Origin: Squalus acanthias
Lineage: Eukaryota
DNA: 64,000 bases
Reading direction: 5' to 3'
Assembly: GCA_030390025.1 (NCBI GenBank)
Contig: CM059425.1
Coordinates: 170,502,001-170,566,000, forward strand
The notes beneath the pieces are model-generated. The model was not told the origin of the DNA and searched no databases. It worked only from the letters and a program-made list of their open reading frames with translations. Within the stretch, counting starts at the first letter, position 1, and each line of letters begins with the position of its first letter. This document shows, one piece after another, positions 26,584-39,999 of this stretch. Position numbers and translations under genes: made by a program.

Positions 26584-27278
26584 TAGGTATTCGGGAAGGA
26601 TGCGATAAAATGGTCTTGAAGTCCTTCTGCATCCCAACCTATCATCTGAGCTTGTGAGCTGATCCCTAGTATAAAAATAGAACTAATAAAAAAATAAGTT
26701 TGAGCTGATTGAGGTTGTCTTCCCCTAGGATGTTTTACTGTACAAATAGTTGGTGCCTTTCCATAAAAAAATTATATTAAAATTTAGTGTATATAAAATT
26801 TTGAGTTTAACCTTTTATATGCAAACAAAAGATAGGTTCATGATTTCATTTTTTTTAATTTTTGATATCCATCAAATTTTTATTTGATTAAATGCAGAGA
26901 TTCATTATATTCATTCAGGTCACTAAATTTAGTTAAACTCATTCTATGATTAGCATGAAAACTCCAAGAATTCACGTGAACACGAATCATCATTATACCG
27001 ATTAAAAGCAATGTTATGAGTACTGTCACACTGGAGTCATGTTCAATTACATGTTACCAGCATCATTTACAGTTCTGATCTAATTAATAGGGCAGGAAGG
27101 CTACGCATTTTGTGTTGATGCAAAGTGGGTTCAGCTGCACATTGATGCAAACTGTGTATTTTAACTGTGTAGTAAACTATCCCATCAGTCCTTGATTAAC
27201 ATCAAAATATGACCAGCATTCAGATAGTGGTGAGTGGGACAGAACTTGGCTCAACTTATGAGAGTTCAAGTCAAGGCT

Positions 27279-27737
27279 TCTCCCAGGCCGCCTGCCATTT
27301 TTGCGGCCTAGAGGAGTCAGTATTTCATGTGTATACGGAATGCGAGAGGTTGCAGCCCTTGTTTTATTATTTGAAAGGGCTGCTCCTCGATTTTTGGCTG
27401 CACTTCAGTCCCACGCTCCTGATCTACGGTCACCCGGTGCGGAGGGGAGCGGGCAGGTCGGAGGACCTCCTCGTGGGACTGCTCCTGGGCCTGGCCAAAG
27501 TGGCCATTAACAGGTCCAGGCAGCGGGCGGTCGAGGGGGTCGTCCGGCCCAATTGCCTGCCTCTCTTCCGCGGCTATGTTCGCGACCGGGTGGCCCTGGA
27601 GATGGAGCACGCGGTGTCCGCCGGCAAACTCGTGGCCTTCCGGGACAGGTGGGCGCCACGGGGCGTGGAGTGCATCATCTCGCGGGCCGATGAGATTTTA
27701 ATTTGATCTAATTATTTGATGGGTATAACAAAAGATG
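27279..27737 (+). mobile_element. 5'-truncated L1/Tx1-clade LINE (ORF2 C-terminal zinc finger)
   Basis: CHFCGLEESVFHVYTEC zinc finger and 13-bp TSD tcaagtcaaggct (27266-27278 and 27738-27750). Confidence 0.85.
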
Positions 27738-28354
27738 TCAAGTCAAGGCTGCTTGCCCTGGAAGACCAGCCTCAAACCAGCATCTATAGAATTACAGTTG
27801 AATAACTTGGAATTAATAGTTGAGTAGTATTTTTGAAGAATTATTTTTCAGGTAATTAGCAGTTGGTTCAAGTTTTTTCAACACTGTCGATCTCAATTCT
27901 ACCTTCCTATCCTATCCCTGAGTTCACTGCTTTGCTATTTGAATCAAGAAACTGCAGTCAAATGATGGAGTCCAAATTGTGCACAGTGTTCGTGTTATGG
28001 ATTGGTTTATCTTGGTGTTTACGCTGCATGAATTGAGAAGTTTGGTGTTATGTAATTTTTGGCCTTTCCTAATGCTCTCCAAAAACGACACTTTGGTGTC
28101 AGTGAGGAACCACAGAGCTAACAAATTTTTCAATTGAAATATTTGTTGAGCTTGTTAAGTGTACCACACACAGCAGATCCAGTCGAGCAACTCATTGGAG
28201 CTGTGCCATAGAAGACATAGGCTCAGCATAGAGGCAGTCACTGACAGATGCCATCTCCTGCAAGTAGAACTACTAGGGCAGCTTTAACAGTGACAATAAA
28301 AATGGCAATTGCTCTGAACTTTTATGCCTCTGGCTCTTTCCAGGCACCTACCAA

Positions 28355-29087
28355 GGTATAGAAATTCAGCGCGCCCATTTTTGGGCAGGTGGGGAGCGCA
28401 GGAAACAATCCATGCACCTGAATGGTGAGGGCTGAGGGATCCTCGATATTGGAGCTCGGGCCTCATTTCCATGGAACGAGTGAGCAGCAGAGAGTAGCAG
28501 GCAGCTCGCCGGTGAATCGTATTTGAAGATCGGGCAGCTGCTGGCATCGCAGCAGTCCTCAGGTAAGTGAGTGAGGGGGTTGACTGGAAAGGCAGGGGAG
28601 GTCGAGCAGATCAGAATGGAGCGGTGGGCTAGGGGGCGGAGCAACGGTAATCGGTGGAATGGCAGCGCCTCGCGTTCTTTTAATGTGGGGTCAGGAAGAG
28701 CAATCCTGCTTCCCCCGGCTCCACATTCAGGCCAGTATATTTTTAAAACTTAGCTTGTTGGTTGTAGTTTAACAACAGACCCTTTAAGGGCCGCCTGTTA
28801 GGACGTATGTAAGCCTGGCTTTCCTTAGTGCAGCCAGCGCTGGCCCCGGCTGCCTCAGTGCAAACCAAGCTTGTAATGGGGGCCAAAGGCTGACATTAGG
28901 ACCCTTATTTGCATATGTAAAGAGCCAATTGCCTGTTTCAAGCATGGGCATTTTTGGCGTTCACCAATCTGGCGGACGGCACACTTCTAGCTCGTAATGA
29001 GTGTGCACTTCCTACTCGCCATTTTTGAGGCATAGGAGGTTGTTCAGTGCTATGAAAATGTGTGCTGCACGGCTGAATTTCTAGGCC
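28355..29087. mobile_element. Harbinger-type MITE
   Basis: TIRs tagaaattcagc / gctgaatttcta. Confidence 0.6.
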
Positions 29088-29224
29088 ATCCATCAAAGAG
29101 ATCACAAATGCCCTGTTCCAGGACTACAGCAACTATATTCAATTCAACAAGTATTGTTAATAGCAACAGAAAATATGTGCTGATTTTAATGGCCTTGGTA
29201 TTATCCCCAGAGTGCAAGGTGCAA

Positions 29225-30585
29225 TAGAACATAGAACATAGAGCATAGAGCAGTACAGCACAGTACAGGCCCTTCGGCCCTCGATGTTGTGCCGAGCATT
29301 GTCCGAGACCAAGATCAAGCTATCACACTCCCTATCACTCTGGTGTGCTCCATGTGCTTATCCAATAACCGCTTGAAAGTTCCTAAAGTGTCCGACTCCA
29401 CTATCACAGCAGGCAGTCCATTCCACACCCCAACCACTCTCTGAGTAAAGAATCTACCTCGGACATCCCTTCTATATCTCCCCCCATGCACCTTATAGTT
29501 ATGCCCCCTTGTAACAGCTGCCTCTACCCGAGGAAATAGTCTCTGAACATCCACTCTATCTATCCCCCTCATCATCTTATAAACCTCTATTAAGTCGCCT
29601 CTCATCCTCCTCCGCTCTAAAGAGAAAAGCCCCAACTCCCTCAATCTTTCCTCATAAGACCTCCCCCCCAAACCAGGCAGCATCCTGGTAAATCTCCTTT
29701 GCACTCTTTCCAATGCTTCCACGTCCTTCCTATAGTGAGGTGACCAGAACTGCACACAATATTCCAAATGTGGTCTCACCAAGGTCCTGTACAGTTGCAG
29801 CATAACCTCACGGTTCTTAAACTCAAACCCTCTGTTAATAAACGCCAACACACCATAGGCCTTCTTTACTGCTCTATCCACTTGAGTGGCAACCTTCAGA
29901 GATCTGTGGATATGAACCCTCAGATCCCTCTGCTCCTCCACGTTCCTCAGAACCCTGCCGTTGACCCTGTAATCCTTATTCACATTTGCCCTACCAAAAT
30001 GAATCACCTCGCACTTATCAGGGTTAAATTCCATCTGCCATTTTTCGGCCCAGCTCTGCATCCTATCAATGTCTCTTTGCAGCCTACAACTGCCCTCCAC
30101 CTCATCCACTACTCCACCAATCTTGGTGTCATCAGCAAATTTACTGATCCACCCTTCAGTCCCCTCCTCCAAGTCATTGATAAAAATCACAAACAGCAGA
30201 GGACCCAGCACCGACCCCTGTGGCACACCGCTGGTAACTGGTCTCCAGTCCGAAAATGTTCCATCCACCACCACCCTCTGCCTTCTATGAGATAGCCAGT
30301 TACTTATCCAATCGGCCAAATTTCCCTCTATCCCACAACTCCTTACTTTCTTCATGAGATGACCATGGGGAACCTTATCAAACGCCTTACTAAAATCCAT
30401 GTATACGACATCAACTGCTCTACCTTCATCTACACATTTAGTTACCTCCTCAAAGAATTCAATCAAATTTGTTAGGCAAGACTTACCCTTCACGAATCCG
30501 TGTTGACTATCCCTGATTAAGTTGCCCCTTTCCAAATGGTCATAAATCCTATCCCTCAGGACCTTTTCCATTATCTTACCAACCA
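29225..30585 (-). mobile_element. CR1 LINE, 5'-truncated, with uninterrupted RT
   Basis: [26 protein letters not shown], and an (atagaac)n-type tail. Confidence 0.93.
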
Positions 30586-31217
30586 ATAGGTTGCATATGT
30601 GTGGCCAACTAACTTTAACGATTTGCAAGTACATCCTAAAGAGGCTTAAATGACATGAAGCTAATAAATGCCCAACGATGGACTGGTGTTACAGGTCTCC
30701 ATCCCAATTTCCAATTGGTTTCACCCAATTTACATTTGTTTCTTTGGCCGAAACGTATCAGAAATTCCCATTCTTATTATTCACATGTGGATGGTTAGAC
30801 TGCATGTGCTGCTTATATTGGTGCACCACAGTACTGTGCAGGCCTTACAGATGGTATCATTTATTGGAAATGTGAATAAGCTGCCTCGGTCATATATCTT
30901 CCTTTGTATTTCCTGTCATATGCATTGGGCAGTCAACAGTGCATTCACCATGTCGATTATATGTTGCGTTGCTTGCAATCTCCAGTGTACTCCACAGGAA
31001 CACAGAGTACATCATCTGTGAACCTTCCTTTTTGTTGCTGCCTTCTACCTTCCATTCTTGGCTGAAATTGCATACTCCATGCGGAATCCAACTTTTCAGA
31101 ATCTAACATTTAACCTCTTAAGAGCCTCATTAATAGCTGGGGAAGGCCTTTTGAAGCAGTATTAAGTGCGGGTTTTTATTGGCTACAGAGTTTTGTTAAG
31201 ATTCATGACATGAAGAC

Positions 31218-31561
31218 ATGTTAATAGGCCATAAGAAAGCAAACCAAACACTAGGGTTTATTTCTAGAGGGATAGAATTGAAAAGTAGGGAAGTTATGTT
31301 AAACCTGTATCGAACTTTGGTTAGACCCCACTTAGAGTACTGCGTACAGTTCTGGTCACCATATTATAAAAAGGATATAGAGGCGCTGGAGAGGGTGCAA
31401 AAAAAATTTACAAGGATGATACCAGAAATGCTAGGCTATACCTATCAGGAAAGGATGAACAGGCTGAGTCTCTTTTCTCTTAAAAAGAGAAAGCTGAGAG
31501 GTGACCTAATAGAGGTCTTTTAAATTCTGAAAGGTTTTGATAGAGCAGAGACACAAAGAGA
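31218..31561 (+). mobile_element. CR1 LINE fragment
   Basis: LYRTLVRPHLEYCVQFWSPYY. Confidence 0.85.
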
Positions 31562-33857
31562 GGCTGCGAAATTTGGAGGCATAGCGCCGGCCATTAAGGC
31601 CGGTTTTGCTGAAAAAATGGCGGATGCCTCGCTTCCACCTACTTCTGGCGCGGAACACGACGGCTGCCATTTTGTGGAGGTCGTTTGCGCTGCCATGGCC
31701 TGCACTCGCTGCCCACATTGTAAATATGCAGATCATGACGTCAATCAGTGTGCAATGCCTGAATTGACGCAAGACTGTGATTTTGGACGTCGCCATTCTG
31801 GATACCGCACTCTCCAAACCACACACGGAAGAACGTGTGTGCAGCAGTATTACAGAGATGCTGCCAGTGCTTCTTAAAGGGACACACACATCTTTCAGGT
31901 AAGTTTAGATTTTAGCTTTTGGACTTTTTTTTAACATTTTATTGGAGTAGTGGCTTGGAATGCAGGGAGTGCTGCTCGATGCTTGCAAGGCCTCTTAAAG
32001 GAAGGCCTCTGAGAACACCACTTACTCACAGTCCTGGGGGCTCTAGGTACAGTCCTGCTTGGGCTGCAACATCACATGGATTTGAAGCAGAGGCAGCAAA
32101 GGGGACAAGCTGCTCAAAAATCAACTAATCACCCTTGTGGAATCCCTCAGTGACTGTCTTGTGTGTTCCTTTGCCTATCCTAGTGATGTTACGCAGTGCT
32201 ACCCCAGTGGCTGCAGCATGGCTGATGGAAGGCTGCTGACTTTCAATGGGGGAGACTGCAGATGGCCTTGCTGGTCGACATTGAGGAGCTGGTGGCTGGG
32301 AGTGTGAAATCGAGTGACGGTGTTTCTTCTTCTTCACTCTCCTCTTCCTCTTCTTGGTCAACCACTGGCTGAGCAGGCTGGATTTCTTGGGTGTCTGAAA
32401 TGAGGAAGGCACAAGGGTTGGATTGTGGTGAGGGGAGGGGGTAAAGCAAGACGTGCATGCTGACACCATCAGCAGCTTGGATATCAGAAGAAATTGTGGG
32501 ATGAGGGGGAAGTGGGATGTGAGAAGCAGGATAACATATGAGGATACTGGCATCTTGTATTCATTCAGCCCCGCCGCTGGCCAAGAGCTCAACCATGCCC
32601 CTGCCAAGAATGGCCAGCACCGTCTCCTCCTTGGGAGCGAGGTGAAGCTAGGAATGTGAGGTGTGCCTCGTGTTTGTTCCAGATTGTTGGTAGGTGATTG
32701 ATGGGGCGGGGGGGATTTATGCATTGAGCAGTGTGTGAGGCTAGTGGTGCAGTTGGTAGGAGACGGCTTTTGAAGATGCATTCACTGACCTTGACAACTC
32801 ACCTGAGGTCATAAACCTTCTTTGGGCATTGGAGCCAGGTCCTGGGGCGACACTGCTGGCAGTGACCGCCTCGGCGATCTGGTCCCACATCCTTCTTTCC
32901 AGAGGGCCTCCTGGCCCCCTGTGGGTAGAGGACCTCTCTTTCAGTGTTGAACCCCTGCACAAAGCTCGAGTGCTGCGTCCGAGACCCTGGGTGCCCATTC
33001 CCTGGCCTGTTGAGCCATTTGTGTTAGTTCTTTTTTTAAATTTGTTCATGGGATGTGGGCGTCGCTGTCAAGGCCAGCATTTATTGCCCATCCTTAATTG
33101 CCCTTGAGAAGATGGTGGTGAGCTGCCTTCTTGAACCACTGCAGTCCATGTGATGAAGGTACTCCCACAGTGCTGTTGGGGAGAGAGTTCCAGGATTTTG
33201 ACCCAGCGACGATGAAGGAACAGCGATATATTTCCAAGTCAGGATGGTGTGTGACTTGGAGGGGAACTTGGAGGTGATGGTGTTCCCATGTGCCTGCTGC
33301 TGCCGCCCTTGTCTTTCTAGGTGGAAGAGGTCGTGGGTTTGGGAGGTGCTGTCGTAGAAGCCTTGGCGAGTTGCTGCAGTGCATCTTGTAGATGGTACAC
33401 ACTGCAGCCACGGTGCGCCGGTGGTGGAGGGAGTGAATGTTTGAGGTGGTGGATGGGGTGCCAATCAAGTGGGCTGCTTTGTCCTGGATGGTGTCCGGAA
33501 GCACTTTTACCTTTTTTTATGTGCAGAAGGCAGTTCAGCTTAACGAGCTGCAGACTACCTAGTTTTGATTGATTTTTTTTTCAGAATGCTGTTCAGCTTT
33601 AAGGGCTAGAGACTGCCTTGAAAATGAATAGCCTAGCTTTAAGGAACAGCAGCCTCGCTCCAGTGATGCTAACTTGGGTCCCCTGCTGAGCGCACAGCCT
33701 GTCAGCAGCGCAATAGTCACTCGACTGTGCACAACAAACATTTAAATTAGCAGGGAGCACCAAATTGACGTGCTGCATATGCTTTTTGAATGGGCGCGAG
33801 CATATCTCGCATTTCAGTGCCCACGCCCGTTGTCTTGCGTTATTAAATTTCCTGGCC
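31562..33857. mobile_element. Non-autonomous Harbinger with a Myb/SANT remnant (~32790-33010, -) and a nested LINE fragment (33030-33495)
   Basis: ggc..gaaattt / aaatttc..ggcc ends, 3-bp TSD AGA and the WDQIAEAVTASS motif. Confidence 0.65.
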
Positions 33858-33865
33858 AGAGTGTT

Positions 33866-35806
33866 TCATAGAATCATAGAATGGTTACAGCACAGAAGGA
33901 GGCCATTCGGCCTGTCGAGCCCGTGCCAGCTCTCTGCAAGAGCACTTCAGCCAGTCCCACTCCCCCGCCCTTTCCCCTGTAAATTTTTTTCCTTCAGGTA
34001 CTTATCCAATTCCCTTTTGAAAGCCACGATTGAATCTGCCTCCACCACCCTTTCAGGCAGTGCACTCCAGATCCTAAACACTCGTTGTGTAAAAAAGTTT
34101 TTCCTCATGTCGCCTTTGGTTCTTCTGCCAATCATCTTAAATCTGTGTTTTCTGGTTCTCGACCCTTCCGCTAATGGGAACAGTTTCTCTCTATCTACTC
34201 TGTCTAGACCCCTCATGATTTTGAACACCCCTATCAAATCTCCTCTCAATCTTCTCTGCTCTAAGGAGAACAAACCCAGCTTCTCCAGTCTATCAACGTA
34301 ACTGAAGTTCCTCATCCCTGGAATTATTCTTGTAAATCTTTCCTGCACCCTCTCTAAGGCCTTCACATCCTTCCTAAAGTGCAGTGACCAGAATTGGACA
34401 CAATACTCCAGTTGAGGTCGGACCAGTGTTTTGTAAAGGTTCATCTTAACTTCCTTGCTTTTGTACTCTATGGGCTGGATTTTGCCAATGGGGAGCTTTT
34501 GGAGGCGGGACTCCCACTTGTCGGGTTTCAGTCCTGCCTCCATCAACTTCTGGCCAACCCACGCTATTGTCCCTTGATTGACCTTGTTAAGCCCGCCCAG
34601 CGGGCTTAGCAGGCCAAATAAGGGAAAGCCGGTTACAGAGAATGTCAATGTATGACATTTCATCTGTCAAAATTTTTTGACAGATGAATTGTCATCGTTT
34701 GACAGCTCTGTGAAGCTGTCAAACACTGACATTCTCTGTAGTTTGATGAGTTCTTGAATACAAGAACTCATCAAACCTCTTTCTTTTGCAGAAATTAGAT
34801 GGTTGTTGCATTGGAGAATGCAACGGCCATCTGTCATCTCTGCCACGGAAGTGCGAGACTCTCCGCATACCCACCGATTGAAGCCTGCAGGAAGAAACAA
34901 ACATAAGTAAACTTTTTCTATCACTTTCCACTTACCTCAGATACTCACCTCTCCACACTTGCACCCATCACTTACCTTCACAGCGCACTTTTGCACCCCT
35001 CCGACCCCCGCAGACCCACTACTCGCCTCGGTGACCCTGGCGGGACGCCCGCACTTGTGTGGGCAAAATGGGGATAATCCTCTTATCTGCCTGTTAAGTA
35101 CCTGTTAACAGGCAGTTAAGTGGCTGTAATCCCTTCCCGCCTCCAAGGAGACGGGACCCGGCATGGGACAGCCACCTGCCTCCTGGCAAGATGGCACGGA
35201 GGCAGGTTGGGCACCCGCCCCCAGATTCTGCCATTTTGCCAACTGTCCCGCCTTGAAACCCGCCTCCCCAGGGCTGGCAAAATCACCACCTATGCCTTTT
35301 TTATGCTTTATTAATCGCATTCTCAACCTGCCCTGCCACCTTCAATGATTTGTGCACACACACCCCCAGGTCTCTCTGTTCATGCACCCCCTTTAGAATT
35401 GTACCATTTAGTTTATATTGCCTCTCCTTGCTCTTCCTACCAAAATGTATCACTTCGCACTTTTCTGCGTTAAATTTCATCTGCCACATATCTGCCCATT
35501 CCACCAGCCTGTCTATGTCCCCTTGAAGTCTATCACTATCCTCCTCACTGTTCACTATACTTCCAAGTTTTGTGTCATCTGCAAATTTTGAAATTTGTAC
35601 ACCCAAGTCCAAGTCATTAATATATATCAAGAAATAGTACCGACCCCTGGGGAACACCACTGTGTACCTTCCTCCTGTCCGAAAAACAACCATTCACCAC
35701 TACTCTCTGTTTCCTATCACTTAGCCAATTTCGTATCCATGCTGCCACTGTCCCTTTTATTCCATGGGTTTCAACTTTGCTGGCAAGCCTATTATTGGCA
35801 CTTTAA
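33866..35806 (-). mobile_element. CR1 LINE fragment interrupted by the MITE at 34472-35290
   Basis: CR1 ORF2 motifs on both sides (KFADDTKLG, LVRPQLEYCVQFW) and a catagaat tail. Confidence 0.88.
34472..35290. mobile_element. Harbinger-type MITE with an internal hairpin cluster
   Basis: TIRs gattttgcca / tggcaaaatc. The 3-bp TSD TAT restores the CR1 sequence. Confidence 0.75.
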
Positions 35807-36629
35807 CACCTTTCAACAACAAAACAACAACTTGTATTTATATAGCGCCTTTAACGTAGTAAAAAGTCCCAAGGCGCTTCACAGAAACATTATAAAACAA
35901 AATATCACCGAGCCACATAAGGAGATATTACCAGAGAATTTTGGTCAAGGAAGTAGATTTTAAGGAGCATCTTAAAGGAGGAAAGAGAGGTAGAGAGGTG
36001 GAGAGATTTAGGGAGGGAATTCCAGAGTTGAGGGCCTTGGCAGCTGAAGGCACGGCCACCAATAGTGGAGCGATTAAAATCAGAGATGCTCAAGAGGCCA
36101 GAATTAGAGGAGCACTGATATCTCGGAGTGTTGTGGGGCTGGAGGAGATTACAGAAATAGGGGAGTTGAGGCTATGGAGGGATTTGCAAACAAAGATGAG
36201 AATTTTAAAATCGAGGTGTTGCTTAACTGAGAGCCAATGTAGGTCAGTGAGCACAGGGGTGATGGGTGAATGGGACTTGGTGCAAGTTTGGACATGGGCA
36301 GCCGAGTTTTGGATGACCTCAAGTTTAGGTAGGGTAGAACATGGGAGGCCGGCCAGGAGTGCATTGGAATAGTCAAGTCTAGAGGTAACAAAGGCATGGA
36401 TGAGGGTTGAGGCAGCAGATGAGCTGAGGCAGGGGTGGAGACGGGCGATGTTCTAGAGGTGGAAATAGGCGGTCTTAGTTATGCTGCGGATATGAGGTCA
36501 AAAGCTTATCTCTGGGTCAAATAGGACACCAAGGTTGCAAACAGTTTGGATGAGCCTCAGACATTTGCCAGGGAGAGGGATGGAGTCGATGGCTAGGGAA
36601 CGGAGTTTACAGCCCGAACCGAAGACAAT

Positions 36630-39259
36630 GGTCGGAATTTTCTGGAGGAAGGCGGGTTGGGGGTGGGCGGGCGGGCTCCTATGCGGTCGGGAAATCCGGG
36701 AAATCGGATTTCCCACAGGCCCTGCTGACTTTTACGGCAGGGCCTGATTTGCATGTGAGGCCTCGGTTTCCCACCCACAGCCAGCCAGATTGAGAGGCTG
36801 CGGCTGGGTAGGCCTGCGGCCGCATAGAGCAGGAAAGGAGGGTTCACGTGAGGACCGGGGGCCAGATGATGGATCGGGTGGGGGTGGGGTAGAGAGGATC
36901 GGCGGCTGGGAAATGGATCGGGGTGGGAGGGAAGATTGGGGGCTGGGCAATGGATCGGGGTGGGGTTGGGGGGGGAAGAGAGGATCGGGGGCTGGGCAAT
37001 GGGGTGGGATGGTGGGGGGAGGGAAGAGAGGATCGGGGGCTGTACAATGGATCGGGGTGGGGGGGGGAAGAGAGAGGATCGGGGGCCGGACAATGGATCG
37101 GGGTGGGGGGGAAAGAGAGAGGATCGGGGGCCAGACAATGGATCGGGTTGGTGAGGGGAGAGAGAGGATCGGGGGCTGGGCAATAGATCGGGGTGTGTGG
37201 GGGGGGTGGGGGATGGAAAGAGAGGATCGGGGGCCGGACAATGGATCGTGGTGGGGGGGGGAGAGTGTGGATCGGGGGCTGGGCAATGGATCGGGGTGGG
37301 GGGGGGGGAGAGTGTGGATCGGGGGCTGGGCAATAGATCGGGGTGTGTGGGGGGAGGTGGGGGGTGGAAAGAGAGGATTGGGGGCCGGACAATGGATCGT
37401 GGGGGGGGGGGGGGGGGGGGGGAGAGTGTGGATCGGGGGCTGGGCAATGGATCGGGGTGAGGGGAGAGAGAGGATCGGGGGCTGGGCAATGGATTGGGGT
37501 GCAGGGGGAGGGAGAGGATCGGGGGCCGGACAATGGATCGGGGTGGGAGGAGAGAGTGTGGATCGGGGGCTGGGCAATGGATCGGGGTGGGGGGGGAGGG
37601 AGAGGATCGGGGGCCGGACAATGGATCGGGGTGGGGAGGGGGGAGAGAGGATCGGGGGCTGGGCAATGGATCGGGGTGGCGGGGGAGAGAGAGGATCAGG
37701 GGCCGGACAATGGATCGGGGTGGGGGGGACAGAGAGAGGATTGGGGGCTGGGCAATGGATTGGGGGGGGGAGAGAGGATCAGGGGCTGGGCAATGGATCG
37801 GGGTGGGGGGGAGAGAGTATCGGGGGCTAGGCAATGGATCGGGGAGGGGGAGAGAGGATCGGGGGCTGGGCAATGGATCGGGGTTGGGGGGGAGAGAGAG
37901 GATCGGGGCTGGGCAATAGATCGGGGTTGGGGGGAGAGAGAGGATTGGGGCCGGACAATGGATCGGGGTGGGGGGGGAGAGAGGATCGGGGGCTGGGCAA
38001 TGGATCGGGGTGGGAGGGGAGGGAGAGGATCGGGGGCTGGGCAATGGATCGGGGTGGGAGGGAGAGAGGATCGGGGGCTGGGCAATGGATCGGGGTTGGG
38101 GGGGAGAGAGAGGATCGGGGGCTGGGCAATGGATCGGGGTTGGGGGGGAGAGAGAGGATCGGGGGCTGGGCAATGGATCGGGGTTGGGGGGGAGAGAGAG
38201 GATCGGGGGCTGGGCAATGGATCGGGGTGAGGTGGAGAGAGGATCGGGGGCTGGGCAATGGATCGGGGTGAGGGGGGGAGAGAGAGGATCAGAGGCCGGA
38301 CAATGAATCGGGGTGGGAGGGAGAGAGAGAATCGGGGGCTGGGCAATGGATCGGGGTGGGGGGGGGAGAGAGGATCAGGGGCTTTGCAATGGATCGGGGT
38401 GGGGGGGAGAGAGAGGATCGGGGCTGGGCAATGGATCGGGGTGGGGGGGGAGAGAGGATCAGGGGCTTTGCAATGGATCGGGGTGGGGGGGGAGAGAGAG
38501 GATCAGGGGCTTTGCAATGGATCGGGGTGACGAGGGGAGAGAGGATCGGGGGCTGGGCAATGGATCGGGGTGGGGAGGGGAGAGAGGATCGGGGGCTGGG
38601 CAATGGATCGGGGTGGGGGGGAGAGAGAGGATCGGGGCTGGGCAATGGATCGGGAGGAGAAAGGACCGGGGATCGGACCGGAGAAAGGATCGGGTGGGAA
38701 AGGTCGGCCAGTGATCAGGGATCGAGCCGTGCCTTTAAAAGGATCAGGGGGGGAGGTCGGGCAGAGATGGGGCTGGGGGAGAGAGAAGATCAGGGCCGGC
38801 CACTGGAGGATCATGGCTGGCCTCAGCATCACCATTGCGGGGTTGGGCCTGGGGAGGTGATCGGAGGCCTGGGGGTGATGGGAGGCCCGGGAAGGCAATC
38901 GGTGGCCTGGGGGGGTCTCCGATCGCGGGTGGTGGGTTAGGTAGGGACCCTGGATCCAGGAGGTAGCTATAAAAACACTTACCTCCGAGATCCAGCAGTC
39001 CCCATCCTGCTTTAACTGCCGTCCACATGCAGTTAAAAATAAAATGGTGGTTTAAAAAGAGGCTTCCAGCCTCATTATAATATTTAAATTGACATTGCGC
39101 CCCCTGGGAGGGGGTTGGTCATCCTGTTTCCCGTCCCGCCCCCTTTAAAACCAGAAGTGGGCGGGCTGGAAGCGGGATCAGGTCAGGAATCCCATTTTTA
39201 ACACTTTAACTATCCCCACGCTCCAAACCCACCCACTTTTTTAGGTTTAAATTCCCCCC
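36630..39259. mobile_element. Harbinger-type MITE with an expanded internal minisatellite
   Basis: TSD AAT (36627-36629 and 39260-39262). Reverse homolog of 40000-41401. Confidence 0.78.
36870..38700. repeat. G-rich minisatellite with a ~41-bp unit (gagaggatcgggggctgggcaatggatcggggt + G-run)
   Basis: About 40 tandem imperfect copies, visible directly. Confidence 0.95.
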
Positions 39260-39999
39260 AATGGCTTCCGTCTTCCCAATATTTAGTTGGAAAAAATTTC
39301 TGCTGATCCAGTACTGGAGGTTGCTAATATTGCACAGCACGATTTCAATATATTTGTGCACAGCTGTTTCTCTGAAGTGCTTGCATTGTCCAGAAATATA
39401 TTAATGGTGAAGAGGCAGACTGTGTTCCACCCTCGCACCAATGTTGTTCAGGCCTCCAGTGGCTTGCAGTATTTTGAAATGCTCCCTATCTCAACACAGT
39501 CCTTGGGATTTTGGATACTTTGCTCTTTTTGGACCAGCTTGCATTTCTTTCAACTGCTGAGTAATCTCTGCTGTCATATTCCAGCTGTCATGAGACAACT
39601 TAACAACTGTTTTCTGTTTTGGAAAATTTAAAATAAACAGCAACATCCTCATTCATGAGTGAAAACAGCCTCCAATAGGGGTGTTGCTGATTAGCTTAGT
39701 TGTAGTCAGTTGAAAGTTTACTGTTAATTTTAACAGTCAAAATTACATTAAGAAGGGTTTCTCTGCACAAGATGGTTGGTATACCAAAGTCCTCAAAAAT
39801 GGTTACGATGCAAGTTCACCCCATGATTCTCTAAACAGTAAGTTTCCAGTATTAGTTGGACTGTCAAATGGAAATACTGGACAGAGGAAAAATATTTTAC
39901 CACATAAATTAAAGGATGAGTTAACCTTAGCCACATTTATATATCAACCAGCATCTGGCTCAATAGATTGGCCTCTGAACTGATTGCCAGGAATATAAT

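Larger units (their letters stand above)
35815..39320 (-). mobile_element. L2 LINE 3' part, interrupted by the MITE at 36630-39259
   Basis: GGRAFSCQGPQLWNSLP..LSSFKMLLK. The sequence gaagacaatggcttccgtc is restored across the insertion. Confidence 0.8.

Noticed and set aside
36870..38700. Possible CRISPR-like array
   Set aside because: No unique spacers, eukaryotic context and no cas genes.
36593..38940. Many long Pro-rich or Gly-rich ORFs (up to 526 aa)
   Set aside because: Artefacts of the stop-poor minisatellite; open in most frames on both strands.
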